A stretch of 64,000 bases of DNA from Gonapodya sp. JEL0774 (taxonomy: Eukaryota), in the NCBI GenBank assembly GCA_027604505.1, contig JADIIX010000132.1, positions 1-64,000 on the forward strand, written 5' to 3'. Shown here in pieces: positions 50,691 through 63,070 of the stretch; within the stretch, counting starts at the first letter, position 1, and every line of letters begins with the position of its first letter. The position numbers were made by a program, and so were the translations under genes. The notes beneath the pieces are model-generated. The model was not told the origin of the DNA. It was given only the letters and a program-made list of their open reading frames with translations, and searched no databases.

Positions 50691-53477
50691 CTATACCTTG
50701 GATGAAAGTTTGAGGGTGCCAGGTCTCCCCTCAAACTCTGCAATGTCCGTCCGGACTTGCGTCAATCCTTTGGGTGCCTCTGGTGTAAGCTCAGGGTCTC
50801 CTTCTGGTATGTGTTCATCCAAGAACTCTTTGATATGTTTGTTGACTTGCTTGAGCTCGATAAGGAATCCTGCAAGATGGCAAACGCCAAAGCTTAATCT
50901 GGGGACAACAGGCATACCGGCACAGTCTGTTCACTCACCATCATGCCCGTGCAAGCTCTCCACCACCCGTAGTCTTGAATTAGGAATTCCTCTCACCAGC
51001 TCCTCTTGTTCCGTAACTGGGTACAAGAAATCTGTGGAGACACCTACAGGATCATGCAACAGAAAGGACGTGTGTGACAGTTTATGAGCCACGCAGCGAA
51101 CACGTGAAGGCGATTTTGATTCCTTTAGACCCACCAATCACAAGCGCGGGCTGTTTGATAGTGCCCAGCACGTTGGCCACCCTTTCGCTATCTGGGAGGT
51201 TCGGCGGCGCCCGCCCACGTGTCACATCGTGCGTATCCATCTGTACGCAGATTATCCCAAATCAAAGTAACATGGATGGGAAGTTTTCAGACGCAGTTAA
51301 CGGTCGTAATGAGTCGAATAGACCTTCTGAAAAGCCTCAAAGCACCCCACGCGTAAGTTTAGCAAGCTCACCTTCCGTGTGATATGGATATAGCAATTGG
51401 CATCAAACCTAGACAAGAACTTGCGTCCGTGGTGTCTCAAATATGTTTGTGCATAAAATACTCCCTCGTCCTCGCCTGCGACTTCGCCCTCTTTGCCGCC
51501 CTCAACTACCTTCTCCTCGCTATCGGACGACTCTCCGCCTAGAGAACCTTTCCCCGCTTTTCCAACGTATCCGATTTCGTAAGCTTCAGGGTACAGGCGC
51601 AAGTGGTTCGTGCCTTCGGAATGAAGTACTGCGTGGGGTGTCAAGAACGAACGTGGGGTTGAGGAGGAAGATGCCGATGAAGAAGCTGGGGGAGACGTCC
51701 ATATCTGACCGGTTGGTACCCCGTTGGGGCGACCACCAGGCAGGGTTTTCTCGAGCGGCACAAAGTCCTCGTCAGCGAGAAGTACAGGTGGTACTCCGCC
51801 GGTGATTTCTGCACGGGTTGGAGGGAGAGTTGGCACGCGGCGCCGGGAAAAGCGACTTTCCGTGGAGACGCTAAAAACAAAAGAAGAGTTGGACAAAAGC
51901 AGGCGCCGCCACGTTGCTCACGGAAGGAGGCTTTCTGTGACCTCGCACACTCACTGTGATCGATACGTCATGAGCGCACACATGCGCGCCGCCGTAAGGC
52001 CAGCTAAAGGAGGGTCAGAAGGAGGGTAATAGCCGTCGTCTTTCGATGGAAAGGAAACAATCGGATCAGTACAGAGACTATGTGTGAATACGGAACGGAC
52101 TCTCATGTCCCATTATGCGATGATTCAACTAAACGATCCTCGTGAGGACAGCAACTGAAGATCCATTGTAAAAACTGTCGCAAGACTCCTTCCGAACTAC
52201 GACTAACCATCTCCGATCCACCCGTTCGTGGAAACAGAACGGAGTGGACTCGCGACCTCCCGGCGACTCTGACCGAAAGTCACTCACTGAATTTTGCATC
52301 TGCAAAAATGGCATGTCTTTGCACCTCACTCCAGCTCACACACCAAGCGGGGTGGCGAGCGGTTGTGGCAACGGGAACGATAGTCCGGATTAGAGAAGGG
52401 TAGAGGAGAGCCCATTCCAGGGTCTGTGAGGATGGAGGAGAGAGGAGACTGGTGAGAATGAGTGATTAATCATCCGGGTGAGAAAAAGCTCTCCAAGTAG
52501 TGTCTGCCTCCCCCTTATCAACACACCGTAAACCCTCCCATGCTACCTCCCACAACACATTGGACTCTATTGACACCCAGGTGCCTTACTACCCGTTCAG
52601 CGGCGCGTACATCATCTCGAATCGTTGTGGAGGGAAAATCGGGGCCGTAATTCGGCCATGTAGGTGGGCGTAAGGCATTGGGAAGATTTGCGACAGAGGG
52701 ATTGACCGTGATTGGTGAGGCGGAGCTGGGGGAGAAAACAAGTGAGATAAAAGGTTGGTTTAGATTTAAGGAAGGACAGCGCAAACGAAAAGACAAACGT
52801 GTGAACAGCAGCACTGCTCACAACCCTACGCAAGCAAACCCACACCCGATTTGAAGTCGTAAAATACAGGATTCCGCTAAAATATCAGTGACCCCATCTA
52901 AAATAAGAGTCAAATGGGGCCGATATCCAATTGCCGGTCTCTGTCTCGTGCCCAGTGCTGGGAGAGGCCACGCATTTACGCTGCAAGCCACGCACAGCCT
53001 CAAATATCAGCCACGAATCAGCCACGCATGTGTCACAACCCGCTCCTACCACCATTGTGTTTTGCTGGGAGGGGAGTCGAAAATCCTTGACATGGTCTTG
53101 ACGTGGTGGTACTTATTGCAGTCCGTGTCGATGGCATTTCAATCTACCCACCCATAAGGACTGCCCATGACATTGAAGCAGAGGACAAAGAACCGTTTCG
53201 TATCAATGACGTTGAACAAAGGTCCCCACCAGTCGGAAACGTCCGAGGATCCCGACAAAGCGTGGCACACTATGATACAGTTCGTTCCACGAGAGTTCAG
53301 GGTACCCCACGAATTATAGACGATGGGTACGTTTGTCAACGTAGCTCCAGACTCGAGGGTAAATTCGGGGAGGATGTGAAGTTTGTGGTTAGCGACAAGG
53401 TGGGCGAGACCCGGAGGGGACGGTGAAGAGGTGGGCGGAGGAAGAGAAGACCCAGATGCAGGCGAGGATGGTGCCAT
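50691..53477 (-). CDS. MET2: Homoserine O-acetyltransferase
   Basis: FTLESG, VCHALSGSSDVSDWW, NVMGSPYG-SASP, TIRDDVR, nucleophile motif GGSMGG, ARMCALMTYRS, RFDANCY and SLHGHD-GFLIE. Confidence 0.95.
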
Positions 53478-54935
53478 TTTAGGAGGGATGTGGATTGAAA
53501 GAGTTTGATGGAGGGTTGCAGTCTCCGAACTTCGGAGACTGTCGCACATGACTGCTGTCAAGCACAACAGAATACGGAAACTTTTCATAGAATCATCCAA
53601 TAGCACTCACAAGCTAGTTCCAATCACGGGCTTGAGACTTGGCTTCCGCGTCCAGATGTTGTTCAAGTACCGTCCAATATTCCTTGCCATTCACGACCGA
53701 ACCGTGTCTATTCCTCTGTGTCTTTCTCCACGGGGCCCGTCGGAATTCGCAGCGTGTCAGCCCCTTGTATCAATCGCCCTCGTCTGTTGGGCGCTGTTTC
53801 TGCTTCCGTTTGATCCGATTTGAATTTTGAAGTATGTGTACTGCCTCACTAAGTTTCCGGCGATGCAGGCACACCCCCGCACACTCAGAAATCGCGCAAT
53901 TGGCCGTGCCACTCTCACAGACATGATTTAGTCACCAACCCGACGTTCTTGAGAATTTTCAAACGAAAGCGACAATCTGTTTTCGGTTGGTGAAGAGTTC
54001 CTCATTCATGAAGAAAAGAGACGCCGGAGGTTGCAAGTCTTGTTCGAACTGACAGCAAATAACACCAAAAATCATGCATTAGGAGCGGAGATCTACAAGC
54101 GATTCTTCGAGGTGAGCATTGCACTGACCACCCTGTGAATATCTATAGCAAACTACTTTTCATGATCAGTTGGAGGTTTCCAATGAACGCAAGGTAAATG
54201 TCAGCTCTTTTTATGCGAGATCTTTGAAAATTGGCTTCATCAGGGGGCACTCGTTGTCCCTCTCTAGAACTGATAGACTTGTTCATCTGTATCACAACGC
54301 GGGCCGGCACCTGCAGCCCTCGTTCAGTGTTGATTCTCCAAACACATTGAGCGACTAACACTAGGAAGTTTCACATGAGTGATGAAATGTCAATTTGTAC
54401 CACTTCCACTTTGGACAGAGCTGCTGTTGACGTATTTTAAGTTTTTAATGCTCTCATGTCAATATGCAGTTATCCCCGCAACACAACACATGGTCGCTTG
54501 GATTCCTTTGCACGAAATTTGTTGAAGATGGGACACTCTTGGGAGAAGAAAGCTCCCAGCCTAACATTTATTGGGGGAGGCTTGTTTGCCGATCTGAAGA
54601 AGACCGTTTTCAGAGTTTGGGCACCCTGCTGGCACTTGCCAGCTAGGCTATGTACCATCTGGCCGAAATACATATCTGCTCCTGGCCTTGAGAATAAAAA
54701 GGTGGCCCCAGTGGTTGTGATCTTCCTCCGAGGTTCAGTCGGTGAATCCCACGATCTCTGCCACAATTGGGTCAAACGACTAACTAACGGCCCGCCACCG
54801 ACAGCGGGATACCGAACCGGTCAGTTGTTTCCACCGATTCCCTCTTTTCTCACCTCGCACAGCCAGATTTCGGTTTCATCGCCCAGTTCCTCGAACAGAG
54901 ACTTCGCCAATCTTCCATATCTTGCACCTTTGAAA

Positions 54936-57155
54936 ATGCTCCGCGTCATTGACACTCCCACCAATGGCATCAAGGCCGAATCTAAGATAGTCAAGTCAGA
55001 TGACACTGAAGTCGCCAAGATGGTGAAAGATGTGGAATGGGTCAGGGTGTCGTTCGTGAACACAAAGTGAGTTTGTTGTGATAATGGGTCATGAAAATGG
55101 GGAAGACACCCGAGAGGTTGAAACCAGGCAACCATGCCGAATTCCTAACATGATTTTTTCAACGGTAAAGTGGTCTTTTACTTTCTATTGCGATTCCTCC
55201 TTCTCGTTTCCCTCATATCGTCAAAACTGGTATGCCCAAAGCCTACGGTACGTGCAGATCAATCTTGTTCCATTAGCCCGAGACCCTCGTACACCGTTTG
55301 GCTGTCTGTTCACTGATTCGATGACTTTGTTTATTTCTGGTCAGGACTTCTGTCCTGCCCTTGGATGTACGAGACAATTCCGGATGGAGCTCCTGTAGGA
55401 ATCGCCGGGGAATGCAACCTCGTTCCCGACATGTCCACCTTCCGAGTCTTGCCTTACGAAGGTGAAAATGATGCCATAGTGCTCGGAGACTTGTTCGACC
55501 GGAATATGGACGAGAATGGCAAATTGATCCATGGCGAGCGGATGCCCTACTGCCCAAGGTATTTCTTGAAGAAGCAGGCGCAGGCTATCGTAGATGAGTT
55601 TGGTCTGGAAGTTACAGCCGGCTTCGAGCTTGAGTGGGTGAATGTAATTTGCGATTTCAGAGGGCCTGTTGTGACCTTGCGGTGTCCCCGAACTCTATCA
55701 CCTCAATTTGTCAGGTTCATGCTTTACGAAGAAATGGACGGCCCAACCATCAAACCCATTGTTAGTGCCATATCTTGCCCTTTTCTTGTCGTCGGTAGTA
55801 GAATGCAATTCTGCCATATAGGATACTCTTTACTACGAAGACGACCGCGCTTACCGCAGCAAGGCCGGAAAGGCAGTCAGGGAAATGGTAAACACACTGC
55901 AGAAGATGAATATCCCTGTGGTGAGCACTTGACCGTTTACTTTGACAATGTTGGATGGTGTAGACGTGGTTTCAACCCTCCGTTACGATCCCTCTGCTTC
56001 CATAAAGTACACCTGGCACGCGGAAGTTGCCGCAGGACAGGTGAGTCTCGTCACCTGTCGGTGTGATTTCAAACTGAAAGGACCCTTTTTGCTCTCTTCA
56101 ACAATCTAGTATGAGATCTCCTTCGCCCCAGGACCTGTCGTCAAGGTTGTCGACGACTTGATTTTCACCAAGCAGTGCATTCAAGCCATTGCCACCAAGC
56201 ACGGTCTCAAGGTCACGCTTCTCCCCAAGCCTCTCTTTGAGGATGCCGGTGAGTGACGGTTGTTACAGGGAAAGGCAGTTTTGGACTGATCACATCTCTC
56301 TGAAAAGGTAACGGTCTGCATGTTCACATGTCCTTGAAGGATACTCAAACTGGAAAGAACATGTTCCCCGCCCCGGGCTCTAAGCGTGGCTTTTCCGAGG
56401 TGGCAGAACACTTCATTGCTGGTGTCCTCTCACATATTACCGCTATCTGCGGTGTCAGCATGCCTACGGCCCACTCGTACATGAGGTTGGTAATGCATAC
56501 TGAATTGGGCTACCTTTTTTTGTACCGTACTTACGATTGTACTTGCCTTGTGTCAGGATTCGCCCGGGTATGTATGCTTCTGCCTACGCCTGTTGGGGCT
56601 ACGAGAACCGCGAGGCGTGCGTTCGAATGTGCTCTCCTCCTAGTACGTATCTATTTTATTTACAGAACCTCTGCCAGAATAATGCTTAACACAAAATTCG
56701 GTCGACTCTTTCCTATCAGGCGGCGAACCATTCAACAATGTGGAATTTCGTCCCTTCGACGGGACCAACAACCCCTACTTCTCAGTGGGAATGTACTTGG
56801 TGGCCGGTTTAGACGGTCTGCGAAAGAAGCTGATCCTCCCCGAGTCTGTCGATGCTGATCCCCATTCTTTGGGTGAGGAGGAGCGCTCCCGAAGAGGGAT
56901 CAAGCCGTTGCCTGCTAGCCTTGAGGAGGCTCTGGACAACTTCAAGAAAGACGAAGTTTTGATTAATGCCTTTGGGCCAGAGATGACACAACTGTACTTT
57001 GCACAGAAGAAATGCGAGATAGAGTTCTTCAAGGTAAGCGGGTGACTTTGTCAATATGGGTAATGTAGCCGTGTCAGAACGTTGTTCCGGTATTTCTTCA
57101 CCACTAGGGAAAGAGCGATTTGGAACAGATTAAGTACTATTTGGACAAGTTCTAA
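54936..57155 (+). CDS. Stand-alone prokaryotic-type (GS-I, FluG/NodGS-like) glutamine synthetase family gamma-glutamyl ligase
   Basis: GECNLVPDMSTF, CPRYFLK, GFELEF, EVAAGQ-YEI, TLLPKP..GNGLHVHMSL, WGYENREA, EFRPFDGTNNPY and LPASLEEAL; many introns. Confidence 0.9.
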
Positions 57156-57274
57156 ATTATTACTATTTTGGTCCTTCTATATCCCATTTTATTCTAATGC
57201 TTCAACTTGCATAAGAAAAAGAATACAAATATATTGTGATAAATCCTCATTTTCCGACTGTCTTACTTGCTTCA

Positions 57275-58599
57275 TTACGGGAGTGCACCCTCTTTGTGAA
57301 CCCACATCACAGCCATGTTGTTCAGAGCTTTCCCACCACCCACTGCGTCTACCAACCATGCGGGTAGAGGCACTTCCACTAATCGTGCTGGAGGGAGCAC
57401 AGTGTCAGAAGGCAATGGTGGAGGAGGCGTGAGCTCTGGGGGAGACGCAATGACTTGGGTGAAAGGGGCCAGTGTGATTCGTTTGCGCTCAGACTGCTTG
57501 CCTCTTCGCTGAGGCACGGTTAACCACTCCTCTGTTGTGTTTGTTGCTAGGATGGGGGATTGTACACAAGGAGTTGTAGTAGCGGCGGCGGCGTGGGTGC
57601 GGGAAATAGGAGTTTGCGAGTGTACGAGGTGCCGCATGACGGTATACGGTGCAGCAGCAGACGCAGTGGTCGCGGTGAGGAAGGATGAAATGGAGTTGGC
57701 GAGGAGGAGGAATGGAGGGGTGGGGATACAAGGTCGCTGCACGCTGGGGGAATTCTCTGAAGAATCGAGTGCGGCTGATGTATGAGAGAGCAGGTACGAT
57801 CGCAAAATGAGCTCTGTAACGGAGTGAGGGCAGTGTGGGAGGAAGTAGATTGTAGGTTTAACAACGTCGTCGACGAGGTTCTGCTATGTACAGAACCGAC
57901 GGTCAGCATTCCCCAATAGCAGACTCAGCTTGAAAGAGATCTTTGAAGATGTTTACTCACCTCTTTCAACTCCGGTTTTGTCATAAAACCTAAGCTTTGG
58001 AGCGCAGCCACATCGTTCTCACTGAAGACGGGGTCAAATGCCGTCAGGGACGAAGGCTTTCCAATAGGTACCACAATCTGTGAAATGGCAGTGCGGGCGT
58101 CGAATCCTGAAGCTTGCATTACCTACGAGAAATATTCGTGACAAGATGAGGGAGAATGCGCATTGCCATCTTGCGACTCCGGAGTTGGACAATGACCCAA
58201 GACCGCACACGACGAGCGCACAATCGGCAGTGTATTTTTCTTCCTGCGATTGCCATAATGACGATTCATCAGCGAATTTCGATCGAATTCCAATGCGGGA
58301 GAGATGGGAGGCAATTTCCGAATCCGACAGGAAGAAGTTGGCAGTTGCGTCAGGAGTGGAAGAAGAATTATTATCCGGAATCGTAGCACGAGCCACAATG
58401 CGAGGAAGAGATGAGATTGAGCGTCTTCGATGTGGGGAGATCAGTTATCTCTCGTGCTCTCGGTGTGTCCCGAAACATATCCTCACTCCTTGCTCCTGAT
58501 ATCCTCGACAAGACCTCTCACGGCATGTCCAGAATCAGAATCGGCCGATTGTTGCTTTTCTCTTTGTTGAGCGGCCGCGGCGCGTGGGGTTCTCTTCAT
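57275..58599 (-). CDS. SRR1/Ber1 family protein
   Basis: VCGLGSLS..ARWQCAF, AFDPVFSEND..LQSLG, PTIYFLPHC and LLLANS follow the SRR1 domain pattern. Confidence 0.8.
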
Positions 58600-59261
58600 T
58601 TTAAAGGTCCTTCCACACCAAGATCACCATGGTCAAATCTCCCACCCCCCCATGCATTCTGGTGTTCAGTCATGCCCTTTAACAGAAATTAGGCTTCAAT
58701 AATTCACAGTAACGCATGCTCGCTGCGTCTCGTTATCGGCGCAGAGAGTCTTCTCCAATTCGAAAAAGGACAAACACCCCGAACTTCAGAGAAAAATTCA
58801 TTTCTGAAATAAATTCCATTTGATCTTTAGAGCAAGCTCGCAATTGAACAATAGCATGTACTGATAACTCCGCTCACACGGCAGGTCACACGTGACGGAC
58901 AGGTCTGGACTGGGGACCGAAGCTGTGCGCTTGCATTACTGAACACCACAACACATCTTTACCAACCGCGAGCGAGTCGTTTCCCAAGGGCAAAGGTCTT
59001 GAACGACCAATTCCAGCGGGCAGACCTGCAATCGCATCTTGTCCACTTTCGCATCGACACCCTCTCGCGTCTCAAATCCTTAGCCCAATCTCTCTCGGCC
59101 ACTGACTCCGGAAACCGGATCCCGACACCATTGTGACGGCTTTTTCTTTTTGCCATACTACCGCTTGGTACGTGGCCCTCTCGTGACAAATGTGCCGTTC
59201 AGATTCGCTGAAAGTCTCAGCCACTATTCAGTGTCCGGTCTGTCGCTCAATCCACTGAAAA

Positions 59262-62200
59262 ATGGTCATTCAACTGGTCGATACGTTTAGAGGTGGGACA
59301 TTCCAGTGTGGTTCATCACCGGATAACTCTGGATGCTGTTGTTATCCCGTGTTGAATCCACCTCTCACTGCACCTATTCAACCGTCCATGAAGACATTGC
59401 CGAGTTCATTGAACATGATGTCGGCGAGGCCATCCAAGCAAGAACAGATGCTCTTGGTACGTCAGGACTCTGAGTTCTCGTTTCTGAAACTCAATTCATT
59501 CGTGGACGCGGCTGGTCGTCCTGTTTGCTCCAGCCTCGTTTCGAGAACTTGGACCACCGGATCTTATACATGTCATAAAGAGCAATCCTAAAGTTGCTCC
59601 TAAAGATGTGAGAATTCTTGGGGCTCACGCTCTCAGATGCCGACAGGTCGCTCTTCCTTGACACAACGATGACTCATTTGCCGCGCCAACTAGATATCAT
59701 CCTACCATTTTGCACTTGGGCCTGACACCTCTTCTTCAGCTACGATCGCCGCATACTTAAACAATCTTCAATACTCTCTTGATGACGTGCCCAACTGGTT
59801 TATGCGATCACAGTATAAGGTCACTGCTGCAACGTATTGCACTTTCAACGCATTCAGTAGGGTCGATGTTCGGGTAGAGGTTAGGATTCCTGGCGGTGTT
59901 GTTGGGTACATGGTGGATCTCAAGGGTGAAAAGTGAGTGTTATGGCTGAGTGTGTACGAGAGATTACAACCGTTGCTGGACGGTCCCGTTGGCAACCATC
60001 ACAGACATCCGATCAGCAACGCGGAAATCTGGACAGAAACATTTACTAGCTCTATTCTCCGAGCAATTTTGGATGACAGCGAGGAAGCTGGCAAGTAGTT
60101 CACGTATTTGGTACCATGAATGGTGTGCCTGTTTAATCCGTCTTCGCATACATCTGAACCTTTCGATTATTGATACCACACCATGAAACTCCGGCAAATT
60201 TCGCGCCTTCGTCGCCGTGTCGATGTCAAAAAGACGGCAACGACAGAACACCGATTCCAACGCTTCGTAAACTACCCCCCCTCCCTTCCCCCGCTGCCGA
60301 GAAGCGTTTCCTCTTGGCGTGTACTCACCTTTTCCCCAAATCTTGGCAGCTTGGCACCGACCCAGAAGTCCAGGTGGCGACGTATTCCTCTAATCACATG
60401 GTAAATGCCATTATGAAGCATTTTGGCGCGTCGGGGAGGTGGGCAGACGCCGCGAGGTTTTTCGAGCCGCTGGCTCGCAGGGATCCGGATGTGGCATCTT
60501 TACTCGCGCGGTGCTACCTCGGCGGGGATGAGGAGGTTATCGCCAACGAAGTCCTCCACGATGCCATTAAGCGCCAGCCGTATAGTTACGCCCTACTGCT
60601 GGTCCAGGTGGGCTTCTTGCAGGCAAAGAACAAAATGGAGTGGTCCCAGAGGCTGGCAAGACAGGCAGTTATGTACGCGCCAAGCGAGTATGTGACCTGG
60701 GCGAAGCTGACCGAATGCTACGTTGAGATGGGTGAGTACCAACCCACTTACATCAATATCTCACAACTATGTGCCTTCGGAATCTTCACGGTGTTTCTCC
60801 TATTGCCGACAGGGGACGTCGAGTCGGCGCTCCTGACCCTCAACTCGTGCCCCATGTTCACTTATGTGGAGCGCGACAACAACCTCGTGCGATACCCACC
60901 TGCAGCCCGTCTCTCGATCCCTCTGAAGCCCATTGGTTTTGGTGAACCAGGGCAAAAAGCAAAGGGCACAGGATTGGAGGAAGCGTTCTTGGTGGGAGGA
61001 TTGGGGGGCAACCCGTGGAGTCCGTGGGGAGTGGAGGAAGTTGGAGAAGGAATGAACGAGGTTCGTTCTTATCGTCGTCGGGTGATAAAATCCTGTCAAC
61101 ATTCCCGTAAGATTAATGGTGGATTGCATTGGTATTCGCTAGATCCACCCAGATTTGCTCCGTTTACCGTCGCTGACCCTCCGAGGCACTTTTTTGAAAG
61201 CCTACAAGCTTCTCGTATCCATTGTTGCCCGTGTCGGCTGGGACGACCTGCTCAAAGCTCGGTCTCAGGTGTTTGTGATGGAAGAGGAGTATCGGGTACA
61301 GCGGGCTGTTGCGGAGGAGCGGGAACGTGAACGGATGGAGAGGGAGGAAGCCATCAGGCGTCAAATGGAAAAAGAAGAGAAGAAGAGGGACAGAGAATCC
61401 GAGAAACCCAAGAAGGAGGTGAAGAAATCGAAGGGTAAGGAGAAGGAGAAGGAAGAGAAGCAGAAAGAGGAGTCGGAGGATGCGGAGCCCAAGGCAGAAG
61501 AGGAGCGTGCTGACACCAACGGCAAGAAAACTGGAGGGGAGGACGCAGAAGATGTGGTGGAAGATGTGGACCTTAAAGATGGAGCCGAGGATGATCTGGA
61601 GGACGTGGAAGTCGGAGATAAGGAAGCGGAGGAGGAGGAGGAGGAAGAGAAGGTTGAGGAAGAAGAGAAGGCAGAAGTCAATGGGAAGCAGCCTATTCTC
61701 AACGAACCAAAGGTGTGTGGATGGGTTGAGTGGTTGGGGGTGCAATTTGTTTCACTTTTGTTCGTTGTGGTCCTTTGAATAGGCCCCGGACACTTCGACG
61801 GCCAAGTCCAAAATTTCCGGACCCATGGGTTTTACTTTCCGAAGTAAGCGACTCTGCGAGCGGTGGCTCGACAATCTTTTCATGGTGTTATACGAGGTGC
61901 GTGGTTGCCTCTTGTCTTTTGAGAAAGGTGCTGTCCCGTTGTTCCATGACGATCTGGTCGCTTATTCTGTCATGATTTGATCAGGACTTGCGCCTTTACA
62001 CTGCTTTCAAGACGGAAATGACCCACTGCAAGCAACAGGGTCTCAAGCCTCAACAGATTGCGTACCGGAAAACAGCGGCGGAGTGGGAGGTTTACGGTGA
62101 CTTGAGCATGAGGCTTGAACATAAGGTGAGTCCGATGAACTGTACACTTGACTCAAACAATCGAGCTTTGTTCCTCAACTCGTCACCACCCATGCGAAAC

Positions 62201-62752
62201 ATCATAGGAGGAGGCAAAGGACTCTTACTTGCTCGCCCTGGAACAGAGGTTCTCTGCCAAAGCCTTGCTCCGTCTCATGGACATGTACAGCGACGAAGGG
62301 TTGATCCAGGAGAGCTTGGCGTGCGTGAGCCGACTGGCCGCATCGCAGGACCGTGTGTACGGAAGCACCAACACGGTAAGACTCCAAAAATAATTGTCTG
62401 CACCAGTCGGTTGGGCTTGGATATTGCTCGTGTTTGGAATTCAAACCCCGTGGTTTCGTTTGCTACTAGTATCCCTCACCCATTACCATTGCCCTGTTCC
62501 GCTTGATCAGTCAACATGGACTCGCCAAAGTCCAAAACGCGTGCCTGGCGCTCAAGAACTACAAGCTCCTGACGAAGTACTTGGAGTTTGCTGAAACTTT
62601 CAAAGTTGAAGGTGAGGAGGTCCAATCCAATCCTGGGGGATATCGTATACGGAACCGTTGAGTTTAACGACGCGTTTGTTGCTTTTCGTTGGGTTTGGTG
62701 CATCATCGGACACTCCCTTTGCTCTTCGTGTGGCACAGGTGTGGATTGGTAA
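59262..62752 (+). CDS. ChAPs family exomer cargo adaptor (Bch1/Bud7-like)
   Basis: LGPPDLIHVIK, TYCTFNAFSRVDVRVEVRIPGGV, ALLTLNSCPMFTY, VGWDDLLKARSQVFVMEEEYR and KRLCERWLDNLFMVLYE-DLR. The last exon ends FKVE-GVDW*. Confidence 0.93.
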
Positions 62753-63070
62753 ACAAAGTGACGTTTTAGTGCGGTTAATGTAGTTGTCTGGATTAGAACA
62801 TCATGTTTGGTGTGCCATCAGCACGAGGTGTGCGACGAAATACTCGCGACCGTGCCAACAGCTGCACCTGTCTGGCATTCTCAAGTGGCTCAGTTCTGAC
62901 TGAGACCGCACTTGCAACATGCACACAATGATCACATGAACGCCCGCCAGGTGTCTTAATCCGTCAGTCTTTTCGGCCGTACTGGTCATACATACATTGT
63001 ACACAATTGAGACTGACGATAGGGAGACTGGCACCGGATACTCTTTATAATTCTGGACTATTCCATTGTC

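Noticed and set aside
61164..61745. Hydrophobic minus-strand ORF resembling a membrane protein
   Set aside because: It is the antisense shadow of the Glu/Lys-rich insert of the ChAPs gene.
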